From Roseovarius sp. (GTDB lineage: Bacteria > Pseudomonadota > Alphaproteobacteria > Rhodobacterales > Rhodobacteraceae), in the NCBI RefSeq assembly GCF_965228755.1, contig NZ_CBDDIG010000003.1:36507-100506 (forward strand): a stretch of DNA of 64,000 nt, given 5' to 3'. Under the pieces are notes generated by a model. It did no database searches. It saw only the letters and a list, made by a program, of their open reading frames with translations, and was not told the DNA's origin. Below, piece by piece: positions 21,164 to 33,951 of this stretch; the first letter of the stretch is position 1, and every line of letters starts with the position of its first letter. Position numbers and translations under genes: made by a program.

Positions 21164-21880
21164 CTATTTCAGCGAAGGGTCCGAGCCGGCGCGCACGAGG
21201 CGGGTGAGATCGCTCAGCCGCTCCTTCTGGTGTCCCTCGGCATCGAAATTCGAGGGCGAAAGCCAGGCGCGGAAGGCCTCCTCCAGCGCGGGCCATTCGC
21301 TGTCGATCACGGCGAACCAGGCGGTGTCGCGGTTGCGGCCCTTGACCACCGTGGCCTGCCGAAAGACGCCCTCGTAGGTGAAGCCCAGCCGCTGCGCCGC
21401 GCGGCGCGAGGGGCGGTTCAGCGCATCGCATTTCCATTCGTAGCGGCGATACCCCGCCTCGAAGGCCCATTTCATCATCAGGTACATCGCATCGGTCGCG
21501 GCCCGCGTGCGCTGAAGCTGGGGCGACATGGCGATGAAGCCCACCTCGATCGAGCCCGCCGCGGGCTGCATCCGCAGGTAGGAGGCGAAGCCGCCATAGG
21601 TGCCGCTGACCTTGTCGCGGATGGCGTAAAAGAGGATATCGTCGCGCTGGGTGGCGCCGCGCATCCAGCGATGGAACTGCGCGGCCGAGGCGAAGGGGCC
21701 GTCGGGCATGTAATCCCAGACATCGTCATGCCCGTCGAACGCCTTGTAGAGCAGGGCGGCATGACGGTCGGCATCGAGCGCCTCGAGCTCGGCATAGCGC
21801 CCTGCCATCGCCTCGCCCGTGGGCAGGGGCGGCGGTGTCCAGTCGGGAACGGCCGGCCCCAGTGGCCGCGCATCTTGCAT
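21164..21880 (-). CDS. GNAT acetyltransferase (RimJ/RimL-like)
   Basis: IEVGFI, GYRRYEWKCDALN, RLGFTYEGVFRQ, NRDTAW. Confidence 0.92.
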   Translation of the reverse strand: MQDARPLGPAVPDWTPPPLPTGEAMAGRYAELEALDADRHAALLYKAFDGHDDVWDYMPDGPFASAAQFHRWMRGATQRDDILFYAIRDKVSGTYGGFASYLRMQPAAGSIEVGFIAMSPQLQRTRAATDAMYLMMKWAFEAGYRRYEWKCDALNRPSRRAAQRLGFTYEGVFRQATVVKGRNRDTAWFAVIDSEWPALEEAFRAWLSPSNFDAEGHQKERLSDLTRLVRAGSDPSLK

Positions 21881-22055
21881 CGGATTGCCCTCTTCTGCCT
21901 GCATTTTGAGGGCAGAATAGGCCCGCCGCGCGGAAAATGGAAAGGAAAACGCGCCGGTCGGGACTCGCCCCCATTGCCGCAGGCCGCTGGGTGCCAGGCG
22001 TCCCGAATTGTCCTTCCGAACGCCGCGGGGGCGCCCGGGCGGTCCGTGGCGGGCG

Positions 22056-23312
22056 TCAGAGGATCAGCTTCGGGTCGGGACCAAGCTCGACCCCCGGAAA
22101 GACGGTGCGCTCGATCAGCCCGGCGTCGAGGCCGAAAAGCTGCCGCATGATCCAGCCGGCATGGGCGCGCACGTCGCGGGTGGGCATCAGGTCGCGTCGG
22201 TCGTAGAGGTCGGCCTCGGCCAGCCCCGGCCAGTCGCCCACCACCCGTCCGCCGCGCAGCGCGCCGCCGGCAAAGAGCATCGCGCCGCCGGTGCCGTGAT
22301 CGGTGCCGCCGGTGCCGTTGGCGCGCGCGGTGCGGCCGAACTCCGTCATGGCGACAACGGCGGTCTTTTCCCAGACCGGGCCCAGCGCCTCGCGCAGGGC
22401 GAGGATGTTGCCGGCAAGGTCGTCGAGCGACCGCGAGAGCTGTCTGGGTTGCCTGGAATGGGTGTCGAACCCGTTGACCGACCACGCCGCGATGCGGGTG
22501 TCGCCGCGCAGCCGACCGGCGGCGAAACGGGCGATCTCGTCTAGCCCGTCCTTCTTCTTGCCGGCGCCCGCCATGCTGTCCTGCATGGTGCCCATCATGC
22601 CGGAACTGTCGAGCGCCGCGTCCGCCGCACCCGCCTGGCCGGACAGGGCGAGGCTGACCTGCGAGAGGGCAATCGCCTCGGCGGTGGCATCACGGAACAG
22701 CGGATCGCCATGCATGACCATGTCGAGCAGCTTTTCCGCCTGCGGGCTGAGCGGCAGGGCGGCATCGGGCGACCAGTTGGCCACGTCCGCCTTGCCGCGT
22801 GTCAGCAGCATGTCGGAATGGCCGATGGCGTAGGCGGTTTCCGCCTCGGTGCCGGGCAGGCCCTGCAGCAGGCGGTTGAGCCAGCCGTCACGCTCCTGCG
22901 CGCGGCCGAGCGAGGCGGTGCCAGCCTCGAGGATGTCCTGCCCATCGAAATGGCTGCGCTTGTCCCGGTAGGGGGTCGAGACGGCATGGGCAAAACCCAG
23001 CTCGCCCGCCTGCCACAGCGGCATCAGCGGCGCCAGCGCCGGGTGCAGCGCGTAGAACCCGTCGAGGTCGAGCTCACCCGGCACCGCCCCGTCCAGCAGG
23101 CTGCCCCGATAGTCGCCGAACTCTGGCGCCCCATACGGGCGCACGGCATCCAGCCCGTCGAGCCCGCCGCGCAGGATCAGGACGACCAGCCGGTTCTCGC
23201 CCGGCGCGCTGGCCATGGTCACCGGCGTCACCAGCGGGCTGGCCGCGAGCGAACAGCCGAGCGCCGCGCTCCGGGTCAGGAACAGGCGGCGGGACAGGGT
23301 CTGGCGGGTCAT
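22056..23312 (-). CDS. DUF1501 domain protein with Tat signal
   Basis: SRRLFL Tat motif; LRGGLDGL, RSHFDGQD, FDTH, TEFGRT, GTDHG. Confidence 0.9.
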   Translation of the reverse strand: MTRQTLSRRLFLTRSAALGCSLAASPLVTPVTMASAPGENRLVVLILRGGLDGLDAVRPYGAPEFGDYRGSLLDGAVPGELDLDGFYALHPALAPLMPLWQAGELGFAHAVSTPYRDKRSHFDGQDILEAGTASLGRAQERDGWLNRLLQGLPGTEAETAYAIGHSDMLLTRGKADVANWSPDAALPLSPQAEKLLDMVMHGDPLFRDATAEAIALSQVSLALSGQAGAADAALDSSGMMGTMQDSMAGAGKKKDGLDEIARFAAGRLRGDTRIAAWSVNGFDTHSRQPRQLSRSLDDLAGNILALREALGPVWEKTAVVAMTEFGRTARANGTGGTDHGTGGAMLFAGGALRGGRVVGDWPGLAEADLYDRRDLMPTRDVRAHAGWIMRQLFGLDAGLIERTVFPGVELGPDPKLIL

Positions 23313-23323
23313 GGCAGAGATCC

Positions 23324-24712
23324 TTACATGCGCTGGAAGGCGGGGGAGGCGAGCACGATGCCGACCCCCTCGGCCCGGGTTTCGGCGGCGCGGGCGGCAA
23401 AGCGCACCTCTTCCGGCACGCGGCGGCCGAGGGCGGTCTCGACGAACTCCCGCGGGTCGGGCAGCACGCGGCGAAGTTCGAACGGCACCGTCATGCCCCA
23501 GATCAGCCGGGCGGAGAGGCGCTGGGGCGTGATCCACTCGGCGTCGGCTTCGGGCCAGCCGTCGGGGCCTCCGGGCTGTCCCCACTCCTGCCCCATGAGC
23601 AGGAGGGGAGTGAGGAAAAGCCGCCGCATCCGGCCCAGCTTGTCGTCGGGGATGTGTTTCGGCACGATGTCGAGCGCCCGCAGGCTGGAGCCGACGAAAT
23701 CCAGCGGCTGCTTGATGTTGCCGGGCTGGTCGGCCCAGGCGGCCGGGTGGTCGAGCATCGCCGCATAGACCTCGGGCAGGTCGCCGTCGGTTTCCGCATA
23801 GCGTGCCGCAATGGTATCGACGAGCGCCTCGTCGGGCGTGTCGGAGACGAAATGCACCGCCAGCTTGCGGGCGATGTGCCGGGCCGTGGCCGGGTGACGG
23901 GCGAGATCGTCGAAAGCGGCGTAGATGTCCTCGAGCCGGGCCTTGCCGGGGCCGCCATACTCGACCGACAGGACCGTTTCCGCGCCGGGCTCGGCAAAGG
24001 CCGGGCGGAACTCGAAACCGCCCTTCAGACGATAGGTCAGCCCCGTCAGAAGCTCGGCCAGTTGCCGCACGTCGGCCTGGCCATATGGCCCGTCCACCCC
24101 GAGCGTGTGCAGCTCCAGCATCTCGCGGGCGAGGTTCTCGTTCAGCCCGGCCAGCTTTTCGTTCTTCGCCGTTGCGCGGCTGTTGGGTCCGGCCGAACGC
24201 CCCTGGTCGAGAAACCGGAGCATCACCGGATGCGTGGCCGAAGCGCGCAGCAGGTCGGCGAAGCGACCGGCCACGTGGGGCCGGATCGCCTCCTCGGCAT
24301 AGATGGCATGGCTGAACTGAAGTGCCCCGCCCTTCTCGAACGCGGTGAAGTGATCGGCCCAGAAGGCCACCAGACGCTCGCGAAAACCGTCTTCGGTCAG
24401 GGCCCGGCGCCGCATCACGCTGGCCAGCCAGCGACCGCCGTCGCGAAACATGGCCCGTTCGGTCTTTCGGCGGGCCTTGAGCTTGGCCGTCTGCTCGGCC
24501 TCGGTCCGGGCCGATCGGTGGGCCTTGCGCGCTTTTCGGATCGCGACGTAATGCGCAACCGCGGCGGAAAACCCCGGAATCGGAAACGCCTCGGCCGCGC
24601 GGTCGGGACCGGTGAGCCGCGAGAGCATCTGCTCGGCAGATTCGGGTGGCGCAATTCGCGGCGAAAGTCCGCATCCGAAGCGGATTGCGGCACGTTCGGG
24701 ATCAAAGCTCAT
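23324..24712 (-). CDS. DUF1800 family protein
   Basis: RERLVAFWADHF, HPVMLRFLD, NENLAREMLELHTLG; directly upstream of DUF1501. Confidence 0.9.
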   Translation of the reverse strand: MSFDPERAAIRFGCGLSPRIAPPESAEQMLSRLTGPDRAAEAFPIPGFSAAVAHYVAIRKARKAHRSARTEAEQTAKLKARRKTERAMFRDGGRWLASVMRRRALTEDGFRERLVAFWADHFTAFEKGGALQFSHAIYAEEAIRPHVAGRFADLLRASATHPVMLRFLDQGRSAGPNSRATAKNEKLAGLNENLAREMLELHTLGVDGPYGQADVRQLAELLTGLTYRLKGGFEFRPAFAEPGAETVLSVEYGGPGKARLEDIYAAFDDLARHPATARHIARKLAVHFVSDTPDEALVDTIAARYAETDGDLPEVYAAMLDHPAAWADQPGNIKQPLDFVGSSLRALDIVPKHIPDDKLGRMRRLFLTPLLLMGQEWGQPGGPDGWPEADAEWITPQRLSARLIWGMTVPFELRRVLPDPREFVETALGRRVPEEVRFAARAAETRAEGVGIVLASPAFQRM

Positions 24713-24816
24713 GGGGCGGGCTCGAAATGGGTCGGAACGTCAAGGTCTACATAACATGGAACGCGGGCTGTTTCACCTTCCGTCGCGGGTTTGTGACGGG
24801 TGACGCCGCGGCGTGC

Positions 24817-24841
24817 GGAACTCCGCCGAACGCTCTGCGTT
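24817..24841 (+). promoter_or_regulatory. EcfG (general stress sigma)-type promoter
   Basis: GGAAC-N16-CGTT, 35 nt before the hemerythrin-like ATG. Confidence 0.6.
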
Positions 24842-24876
24842 GATACGTTTTTGACGTAATCCAGGGAAACCGAGAC

Positions 24877-25353
24877 ATGCCGTCGATCTACGATGCCATC
24901 CAGGACGACCACCAGACCCACCGCAAGCTGCTGAAACAGATTGCCGACACCTCGGGCGACAGCGAGGAGCGCCGCACGGCCTGGGCGGCCTTCTACGAAG
25001 ACGTGAAATCACACGCGGCGGCGGAGGAGGAGACGTTCTATTCCAAGCTGATGAACAAGACCTGGGGTCAGGACGCCGCGCGCCACTCGGTGCACGAGCA
25101 TCAGCAGATGGACGACATCCTGGAAGAGCTGAACGAGATGGACATGTCCTCGCCCGGTTGGCTGCAGCGGTTCGAGACGCTGAAGCACGATTACGAGCAC
25201 CACATGGACGAGGAGGAGGACGACGTCTTCACCCGCGCCAGGGAGGTCTTCGCCGAGGAGGAGACAGAGGCCTTCGGCGGCCGGTTCCTCAAGCGCAAGG
25301 AAGAGGAACGCGGGCTGATCGAGGAGAAGCGCGAGGATAGTCTGGAGGACTGA
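24877..25353 (+). CDS. hemerythrin HHE cation-binding domain protein
   Basis: DH...SHAAAEEETFY...HEH...EHHMDEEEDDVF. Confidence 0.9.
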   Translation: MPSIYDAIQDDHQTHRKLLKQIADTSGDSEERRTAWAAFYEDVKSHAAAEEETFYSKLMNKTWGQDAARHSVHEHQQMDDILEELNEMDMSSPGWLQRFETLKHDYEHHMDEEEDDVFTRAREVFAEEETEAFGGRFLKRKEEERGLIEEKREDSLED

Positions 25354-25371
25354 CCCTGGCGCAGGGCGGGG

Positions 25372-27153
25372 TCACTCCTGCGGAATGACCCGCAACCCCA
25401 GTTCCATGAGCTGATCCGAGGTCGGTTCGGACGGTGCGTTCATCATCAGGTCCTCGGCGCGCTGGTTCATCGGGAACATGATGACCTCGCGGATGTTCGA
25501 GGTACCGGCCAGCAGCATGACGATGCGGTCGATGCCCGCCGCGCAGCCGCCGTGGGGCGGCGCGCCGTACTGGAAGGCGTTGACGAGGGCGCCGAAGCGT
25601 TTGCGCACCTCGGCCTCGTCATAGCCGGCCAGTTCGAAGGCCTTGAACATGATCTCCGGCTTGTGGTTCCGGATGGCGCCCGAGACGATCTCGTAGCCGT
25701 TGCAGGCGAGGTCGTACTGATAGCCCTTGACGGCGAGCGGGTCGCCCTCGAGCGCCTCCATCCCGCCCTGCGGCATCGAGAAGGGGTTGTGCTCGAAGTC
25801 GATGGCACCGGTCTCCTCGTCCTTCTCGTAGATCGGGAAGTCGACGATCCAGGCGAAGGCGAAGCGGTTCTGTTCCGTCAGTTCGAGCTCCTCGCCGATC
25901 ACGTCGCGGGCCTTGCCGGCGACACGTTCGAAGGCGGCGGGCTTGCCGCCGAGGAAGAAGGCGGCATCGCCCACGCCGAGGCCCAGCTGTTCGCGGATCG
26001 CCTCGGTGCGCTCGGGGCCGATGTTCTTGGCCAGCGGGCCGGCCGCTTCCATCCCCTCGCCCTGGTCGCGCCAGAAGATGTAGCCCATCCCCGGCAGGCC
26101 CTCCTTCTGGGCGAAGCTGTTCATCCGGTCGCAGAACTTGCGGCTGCCGCCCGTCGGTGCCGGGATGGCGCGGATCTCGGTGCCGTCCTGTTCCAGCAGC
26201 TTGGCGAAGATGGCGAAGCCCGAGCCGCGGAAATGCTCGGAGACGTCCTGCATCTCGATCGGGTTGCGCAGGTCGGGCTTGTCGGTGCCGTATTTGAGCG
26301 CCGCTTCCTTGTAGGGGATCTGCGGCCAGCTTGCCGGGTCGTCGACCTTGGCGCCTTTTCCATGCTCCTCGAACACGCCCGCGATGACGGGTGCGATGGT
26401 GTCGAAGATGTCCTGCTGGGTGACGAAGGACATTTCCATGTCGAGCTGGTAGAAATCGGTCGGCGAGCGGTCGGCGCGCGGATCCTCGTCGCGGAAGCAG
26501 GGCGCGATCTGGAAATACTTGTCGAAGCCCGACATCATGATCAGCTGTTTGAACTGCTGCGGGGCCTGCGGCAGGGCGTAGAATTTCCCAGGGTGCAGGC
26601 GCGAGGGCACGAGGAAGTCGCGCGCGCCCTCGGGCGAGGACGCGGTGATGATCGGCGTCTGGAACTCGCGGAAATCCTTGTCCCACATGCGACGGCGGAA
26701 GGAGGCGACCACGTCGGAGCGCAGCGTCATGTTGCGCTGCATCGCCTCGCGGCGGAGGTCGAGGTAGCGATAGCGCAGGCGGGTTTCCTCGGGGTATTCC
26801 TGGTCGCCGAAGACGATGAGGGGCAGTTCGGCCGCGGCGCCCAGCACCTCGATATCGCGGATATAGACCTCGATCTCGCCGGTGGGGATGCGCGGGTTCA
26901 CGAGGCTCTCGTCGCGCGCCTTCACGGTGCCGTCGATGCGGATGCACCATTCCGAGCGGACCTTCTCGACCTGCGAGAAGACCGGGCTGTCGGGATCGCA
27001 GAGCACCTGGGTCATGCCGTAATGGTCGCGCAGGTCGATGAACAGAACCCCGCCATGGTCGCGGATGCGGTTCACCCAGCCCGACAGGCGGACGGTCTCG
27101 CCCACGTTCGACTTGGTCAGTTCAGCGCAGGTGTGGCTGCGGAATGCGTGCAT
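25372..27153 (-). CDS. aspS: aspartate-tRNA ligase, probably non-discriminating Asp/Asn type
   Basis: [47 protein letters not shown]. Confidence 0.98.
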   Translation of the reverse strand: MHAFRSHTCAELTKSNVGETVRLSGWVNRIRDHGGVLFIDLRDHYGMTQVLCDPDSPVFSQVEKVRSEWCIRIDGTVKARDESLVNPRIPTGEIEVYIRDIEVLGAAAELPLIVFGDQEYPEETRLRYRYLDLRREAMQRNMTLRSDVVASFRRRMWDKDFREFQTPIITASSPEGARDFLVPSRLHPGKFYALPQAPQQFKQLIMMSGFDKYFQIAPCFRDEDPRADRSPTDFYQLDMEMSFVTQQDIFDTIAPVIAGVFEEHGKGAKVDDPASWPQIPYKEAALKYGTDKPDLRNPIEMQDVSEHFRGSGFAIFAKLLEQDGTEIRAIPAPTGGSRKFCDRMNSFAQKEGLPGMGYIFWRDQGEGMEAAGPLAKNIGPERTEAIREQLGLGVGDAAFFLGGKPAAFERVAGKARDVIGEELELTEQNRFAFAWIVDFPIYEKDEETGAIDFEHNPFSMPQGGMEALEGDPLAVKGYQYDLACNGYEIVSGAIRNHKPEIMFKAFELAGYDEAEVRKRFGALVNAFQYGAPPHGGCAAGIDRIVMLLAGTSNIREVIMFPMNQRAEDLMMNAPSEPTSDQLMELGLRVIPQE

Positions 27154-27415
27154 GATACCCTCTCACCGGGCCCGGGCGGCCCTTGCTCTCGGTCCGCGCC
27201 GATACACATGGCCGGGGCGGCAAAGTCAAGGGCTGCCGCCCTTCCAGCCGCCACGGAAAGGTTGCAAAATCGTTTACAGGTGCATGATTTTCGGCGAAAA
27301 TACCGGTTAGCGAGCAGATAGCCGGGGGAACCGGGTGTTTTTAGGCAGGTTTTACTACATCGCGACAGGGCGCCGTGGGTGGGCGCAGATCCGCAAGACC
27401 AAGATGGGGTGAACC

Positions 27416-28648
27416 ATGTGGGACAAGATTTTCGATGGGTTTCTTACCCATCTCATGCATGTCGGCGATTTCCGGCTTACCTTTCCTGACGGCACGACAC
27501 GGCATTATGGCGACGGGACCGGCAAGCCGATCTCGGTGACGCTGCACGACCCGACCCTGCCGCGCAAGATCATCATGTCGCCCGACATGGCGGTGGGCGA
27601 AGCCTATATGGACGCGCGCCTGACCATCGAGGATGACGACCTGTCCGGCTTCCTCGAGCTGGCCATCCGCAACGTCGGCATGCAGGGCGACCCGTGGTTC
27701 CGCAAGCCGCTGGCGCTGGGGCGGCACATGATGCGCCACCTGCAGCAATTCAACCCCGTGGGCCGGTCGCGCGCGAACGTGGCGCATCACTATGACCTCT
27801 CGGGCGAGCTGTACGACCTGTTCCTCGATGCCGACCGGCAGTATTCCTGCGCCTATTTCCGCCGCCCCGACATGACGCTCGAGGAGGCGCAGGAGGCCAA
27901 GAAGCATCATATCGCCGGCAAGCTGCTGATCGAGCCGGGGATGAAGGTGCTGGATATCGGCTGCGGCTGGGGCGGCATGGGCCTGACGCTGGCGCGCGAT
28001 TACGGCGCCGAGGTCACCGGCGTGACCCTCTCGACCGAGCAGTACAACATGGCCAACAAGCGCGCCGAGGAGGCGGGGCTGGCCGACCGGTGCACCTTCG
28101 AGTTGATGGATTACCGCGACGTGAAGGGCCAGTTCGACCGGATCGTCTCGGTCGGCATGTTCGAGCACGTGGGCATCCCGCATTACGAGGAATATTTCCG
28201 CACGGTGAAGCGCCTGCTGACCGATGACGGCATCGCGCTCATCCACACGATCGGCCGGTCCGACCCGCCGGGCACGACGAGCCCGTGGATCCTGAAATAC
28301 ATCTTCCCCGGCGGCTATTGCCCGGCCCTGTCGGAAGCGATGCGGCCGATCGAGAACCAGGACCTGTTCGCGACCGATGTCGAGGTCTGGCGCCTGCATT
28401 ACGCCGAGACGCTGCGCCACTGGCACGACCGGTTCATGGCCAATATCGACCGCGCGCGGGAGCTGTATGACGACCGGTTCTGCCGGATGTGGCGCTATTA
28501 CCTGATCGCCTGCGAGATGACGTTCCGCCACAACCGGCAAGTTGTGTTCCAGTTCCAGCTGACCAAGCAGCAGGACGCGGTGCCGCTGACGCGGGATTAC
28601 CTGTATTGCCAGGACGAGAAGGACGATCTGCGCCACGCGGCGGAGTGA
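27416..28648 (+). CDS. cfa: cyclopropane-fatty-acyl-phospholipid synthase family methyltransferase
   Basis: HHYDLS, QYSCAYF, LDIGCGWGG, VSVGMFEHVG, YIFPGG. Confidence 0.93.
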   Translation: MWDKIFDGFLTHLMHVGDFRLTFPDGTTRHYGDGTGKPISVTLHDPTLPRKIIMSPDMAVGEAYMDARLTIEDDDLSGFLELAIRNVGMQGDPWFRKPLALGRHMMRHLQQFNPVGRSRANVAHHYDLSGELYDLFLDADRQYSCAYFRRPDMTLEEAQEAKKHHIAGKLLIEPGMKVLDIGCGWGGMGLTLARDYGAEVTGVTLSTEQYNMANKRAEEAGLADRCTFELMDYRDVKGQFDRIVSVGMFEHVGIPHYEEYFRTVKRLLTDDGIALIHTIGRSDPPGTTSPWILKYIFPGGYCPALSEAMRPIENQDLFATDVEVWRLHYAETLRHWHDRFMANIDRARELYDDRFCRMWRYYLIACEMTFRHNRQVVFQFQLTKQQDAVPLTRDYLYCQDEKDDLRHAAE

Positions 28649-28679
28649 TGCCGCGCGACGTTCCCCCGGCCGGTATCGC

Positions 28680-29804
28680 TCAGGCGAAGGCCGGGGTGAG
28701 GCGCCGGGCGAAGCGCGCCTTCCAGAGCGCTTCCTCGTATTCGGACGGGGCGGTGCTGTCATGCACCACGCCGCCGCCCAGGTTGAGCACGGCCCCTGCC
28801 CTCTCCAGCATCAGCGTGCGGATGGCCACGTTGAACTCGGCCCGGCCGTCAGGCGCGGCCCAGCCGATACTGCCGCAATAGATCTCGCGCGGGGCGGTTT
28901 CGAGACCGGCAAGGATCTCCATCGCCCGCAGTTTCGGCGCCCCGGTGATCGAGCCGCAGGGGAAGAGCGCGCGGAAGATGTCCGACAGGCCCGTGCCGCC
29001 GCGCATCTGGCCGGTGACGAGCGAGGTCATCTGGTGGACCGTTTCGTAGCTTTCGACGGCGAAGAGCTCGGGCACGCGGACGCTGCCGGGGGTGCAGACG
29101 CGGGAGATGTCGTTGCGCAGCAGGTCGACGATCATCAGGTTCTCGGCGCGGTTCTTCTCGTCCGATGCGAGGAAGGCGCGGCGGCGGGCGTCCTCGGCCG
29201 GGTCATCGCTGCGGGGCTGGGTGCCTTTCATCGGTCGGGTTTCGATCCGGCCCGTGGCATCGGTGCGGAAGAACAGCTCGGGCGAGCGTGACAGGATGTC
29301 GGGGCCGTCATGGCCGGTGACCAGCGCACCGTGGCGCACCGGCTGGATGGCCGTGAGCGCCGCGTAGAGCGCCTCTGGCGTGCCGTGGGCCTGCATGGTG
29401 ACCGGGAAGGTCAGGTTTGCCTGGTAGATGTCACCGGCGCCGATAAAGGCGTGCACGCGCTCGAAGGCGGCGGTGTAGTCTGCCTCGGACCATGCCGGGC
29501 GGAACCGGTCGAGCGCCGCCGGGCCGGAATGCAGGGGGGCTGCGGATTGCGGCGCCTCGTAGACACCGAAGCAGAGGAGCGGCAGGCGGCGGTTGCCGGG
29601 CATCAGGGCGGCCAGCCGCGGCTCGAGCACATAGCCCAGCTCGTAGCTGGCAAACCCGGCAAGCCACGCGCCGTCGGCACGCGCCGTGTCCAGCGCGGCA
29701 AGCGCGCGGGGCACCTCCGACAGCGTGTCGGCCGTGATCATCCGGCGAGGCGCCCCGAAGAGGGCCGGCCCGCCATCCGGGCCATGATCGAAGCGAATCT
29801 GCAT
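28680..29804 (-). CDS. pabB: aminodeoxychorismate synthase component I
   Basis: [53 protein letters not shown]. Confidence 0.92.
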   Translation of the reverse strand: MQIRFDHGPDGGPALFGAPRRMITADTLSEVPRALAALDTARADGAWLAGFASYELGYVLEPRLAALMPGNRRLPLLCFGVYEAPQSAAPLHSGPAALDRFRPAWSEADYTAAFERVHAFIGAGDIYQANLTFPVTMQAHGTPEALYAALTAIQPVRHGALVTGHDGPDILSRSPELFFRTDATGRIETRPMKGTQPRSDDPAEDARRRAFLASDEKNRAENLMIVDLLRNDISRVCTPGSVRVPELFAVESYETVHQMTSLVTGQMRGGTGLSDIFRALFPCGSITGAPKLRAMEILAGLETAPREIYCGSIGWAAPDGRAEFNVAIRTLMLERAGAVLNLGGGVVHDSTAPSEYEEALWKARFARRLTPAFA

Positions 29805-29966
29805 CGTGCTGCATCCTTCTGTCGCCTCCCCGCGCCTGCCTACGCTGTCACGCTTCCGGCCACATCCCCAAAAACGGCAGGTCCACACGGCTTTGCGATC
29901 CCCCTTGCACAGAGGCGCGTGATGGATATAACCGCCAACAATTTGCGCTGCCCCGGGGAAACGACC

Positions 29967-33275
<3,309 letters not shown>

Positions 33276-33487
33276 CGCAACGGCACATAAAACGCAAGCC
33301 ATTGTAAACACGGTATTTTTTTGCGTTATCCACAGCCATGACCGGCGGTCTGCCCGGGTATGCACGGATTGCATAGATTTTAATCTTCATTTCTGTTGCG
33401 CGAATCCACTTGCGCCATATATGCGGGCTATGAGCCGCAGCGAAACGCGACTCGGACCTGACCCACTCTAGACCCAGGAGGCTGGAC

Positions 33488-33610
33488 ATGACCCGCGATG
33501 AACTGAACCGCGAACTTCGTATGCATAGTGCCACCTGGCAGTCGGTTGTGCTGGTATACGGTCTGCTCGTCGGTACGCTGGTGCTCTCGGCAATGGCCAT
33601 CACCGCATAA
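33488..33610 (+). CDS. 40-aa single-TM small protein, paralog A
   Basis: MTRDELNRELRMHSATWQSVVLVYGLLVGTLVLSAMAITA; AGGAGG SD; absent from ORF track. Confidence 0.8.
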   Translation: MTRDELNRELRMHSATWQSVVLVYGLLVGTLVLSAMAITA

Positions 33611-33664
33611 AGGCAGGGCGGGCGCCCCCTGCGCCCGGTACCACGCTCTTCACAACCGAAAAGG

Positions 33665-33700
33665 CGCCGGGCGGTATCTACCGCGCGGCGTTTGTAGTTT
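33665..33700 (+). terminator. possible terminator after paralog A
   Basis: CGCCG-G-GCGGTA...TACCGC-G-CGGCG followed by TTTGTAGTTT. Confidence 0.45.
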
Positions 33701-33752
33701 GACACCCCCGGACGGCATCGTGCTGTCCCCCGTTCCGGGAAGGAAACCGAGA

Positions 33753-33875
33753 ATGACACGAGATGAGCTGAACCGCGAGCTGCGCATGCACAGCGCAAGC
33801 TGGCAATCGGTGGTGATCGTCTATGGCCTCATCGTTGCGGCGATGGTGGGCTCGGCCATGTGGATCATCGGCTGA
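33753..33875 (+). CDS. 40-aa single-TM small protein, paralog B
   Basis: MTRDELNRELRMHSASWQSVVIVYGLIVAAMVGSAMWIIG; GGAAGGA SD; 30/40 identical to paralog A. Confidence 0.8.
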   Translation: MTRDELNRELRMHSASWQSVVIVYGLIVAAMVGSAMWIIG

Positions 33876-33904
33876 CAATCAGAAAAAATCTGGTATTCGA
33901 CGCG

Positions 33905-33936
33905 AAACGGCGGAGGGGTGACCCTCCGCCGTTTTT
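33905..33936. terminator. bidirectional intrinsic terminator
   Basis: Perfect AAACGGCGGAGGG-gtga-CCCTCCGCCGTTT-TT between convergent genes. Confidence 0.85.
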
Positions 33937-33951
33937 GCTTGTGACGGGCCG

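Noticed and set aside
27154-27415. Singlet-oxygen sigma-E promoter for cfa
   Set aside because: No TGATCC-N15-GCGTA-like motif found
33326-33334. Perfect DnaA box TTATCCACA in an AT-rich spacer near a skew change, as oriC or dif
   Set aside because: Only one box, no box cluster or unwinding repeats, no XerD arm (TTATGTTAAAT-like), and the skew change is in the wrong direction for an origin
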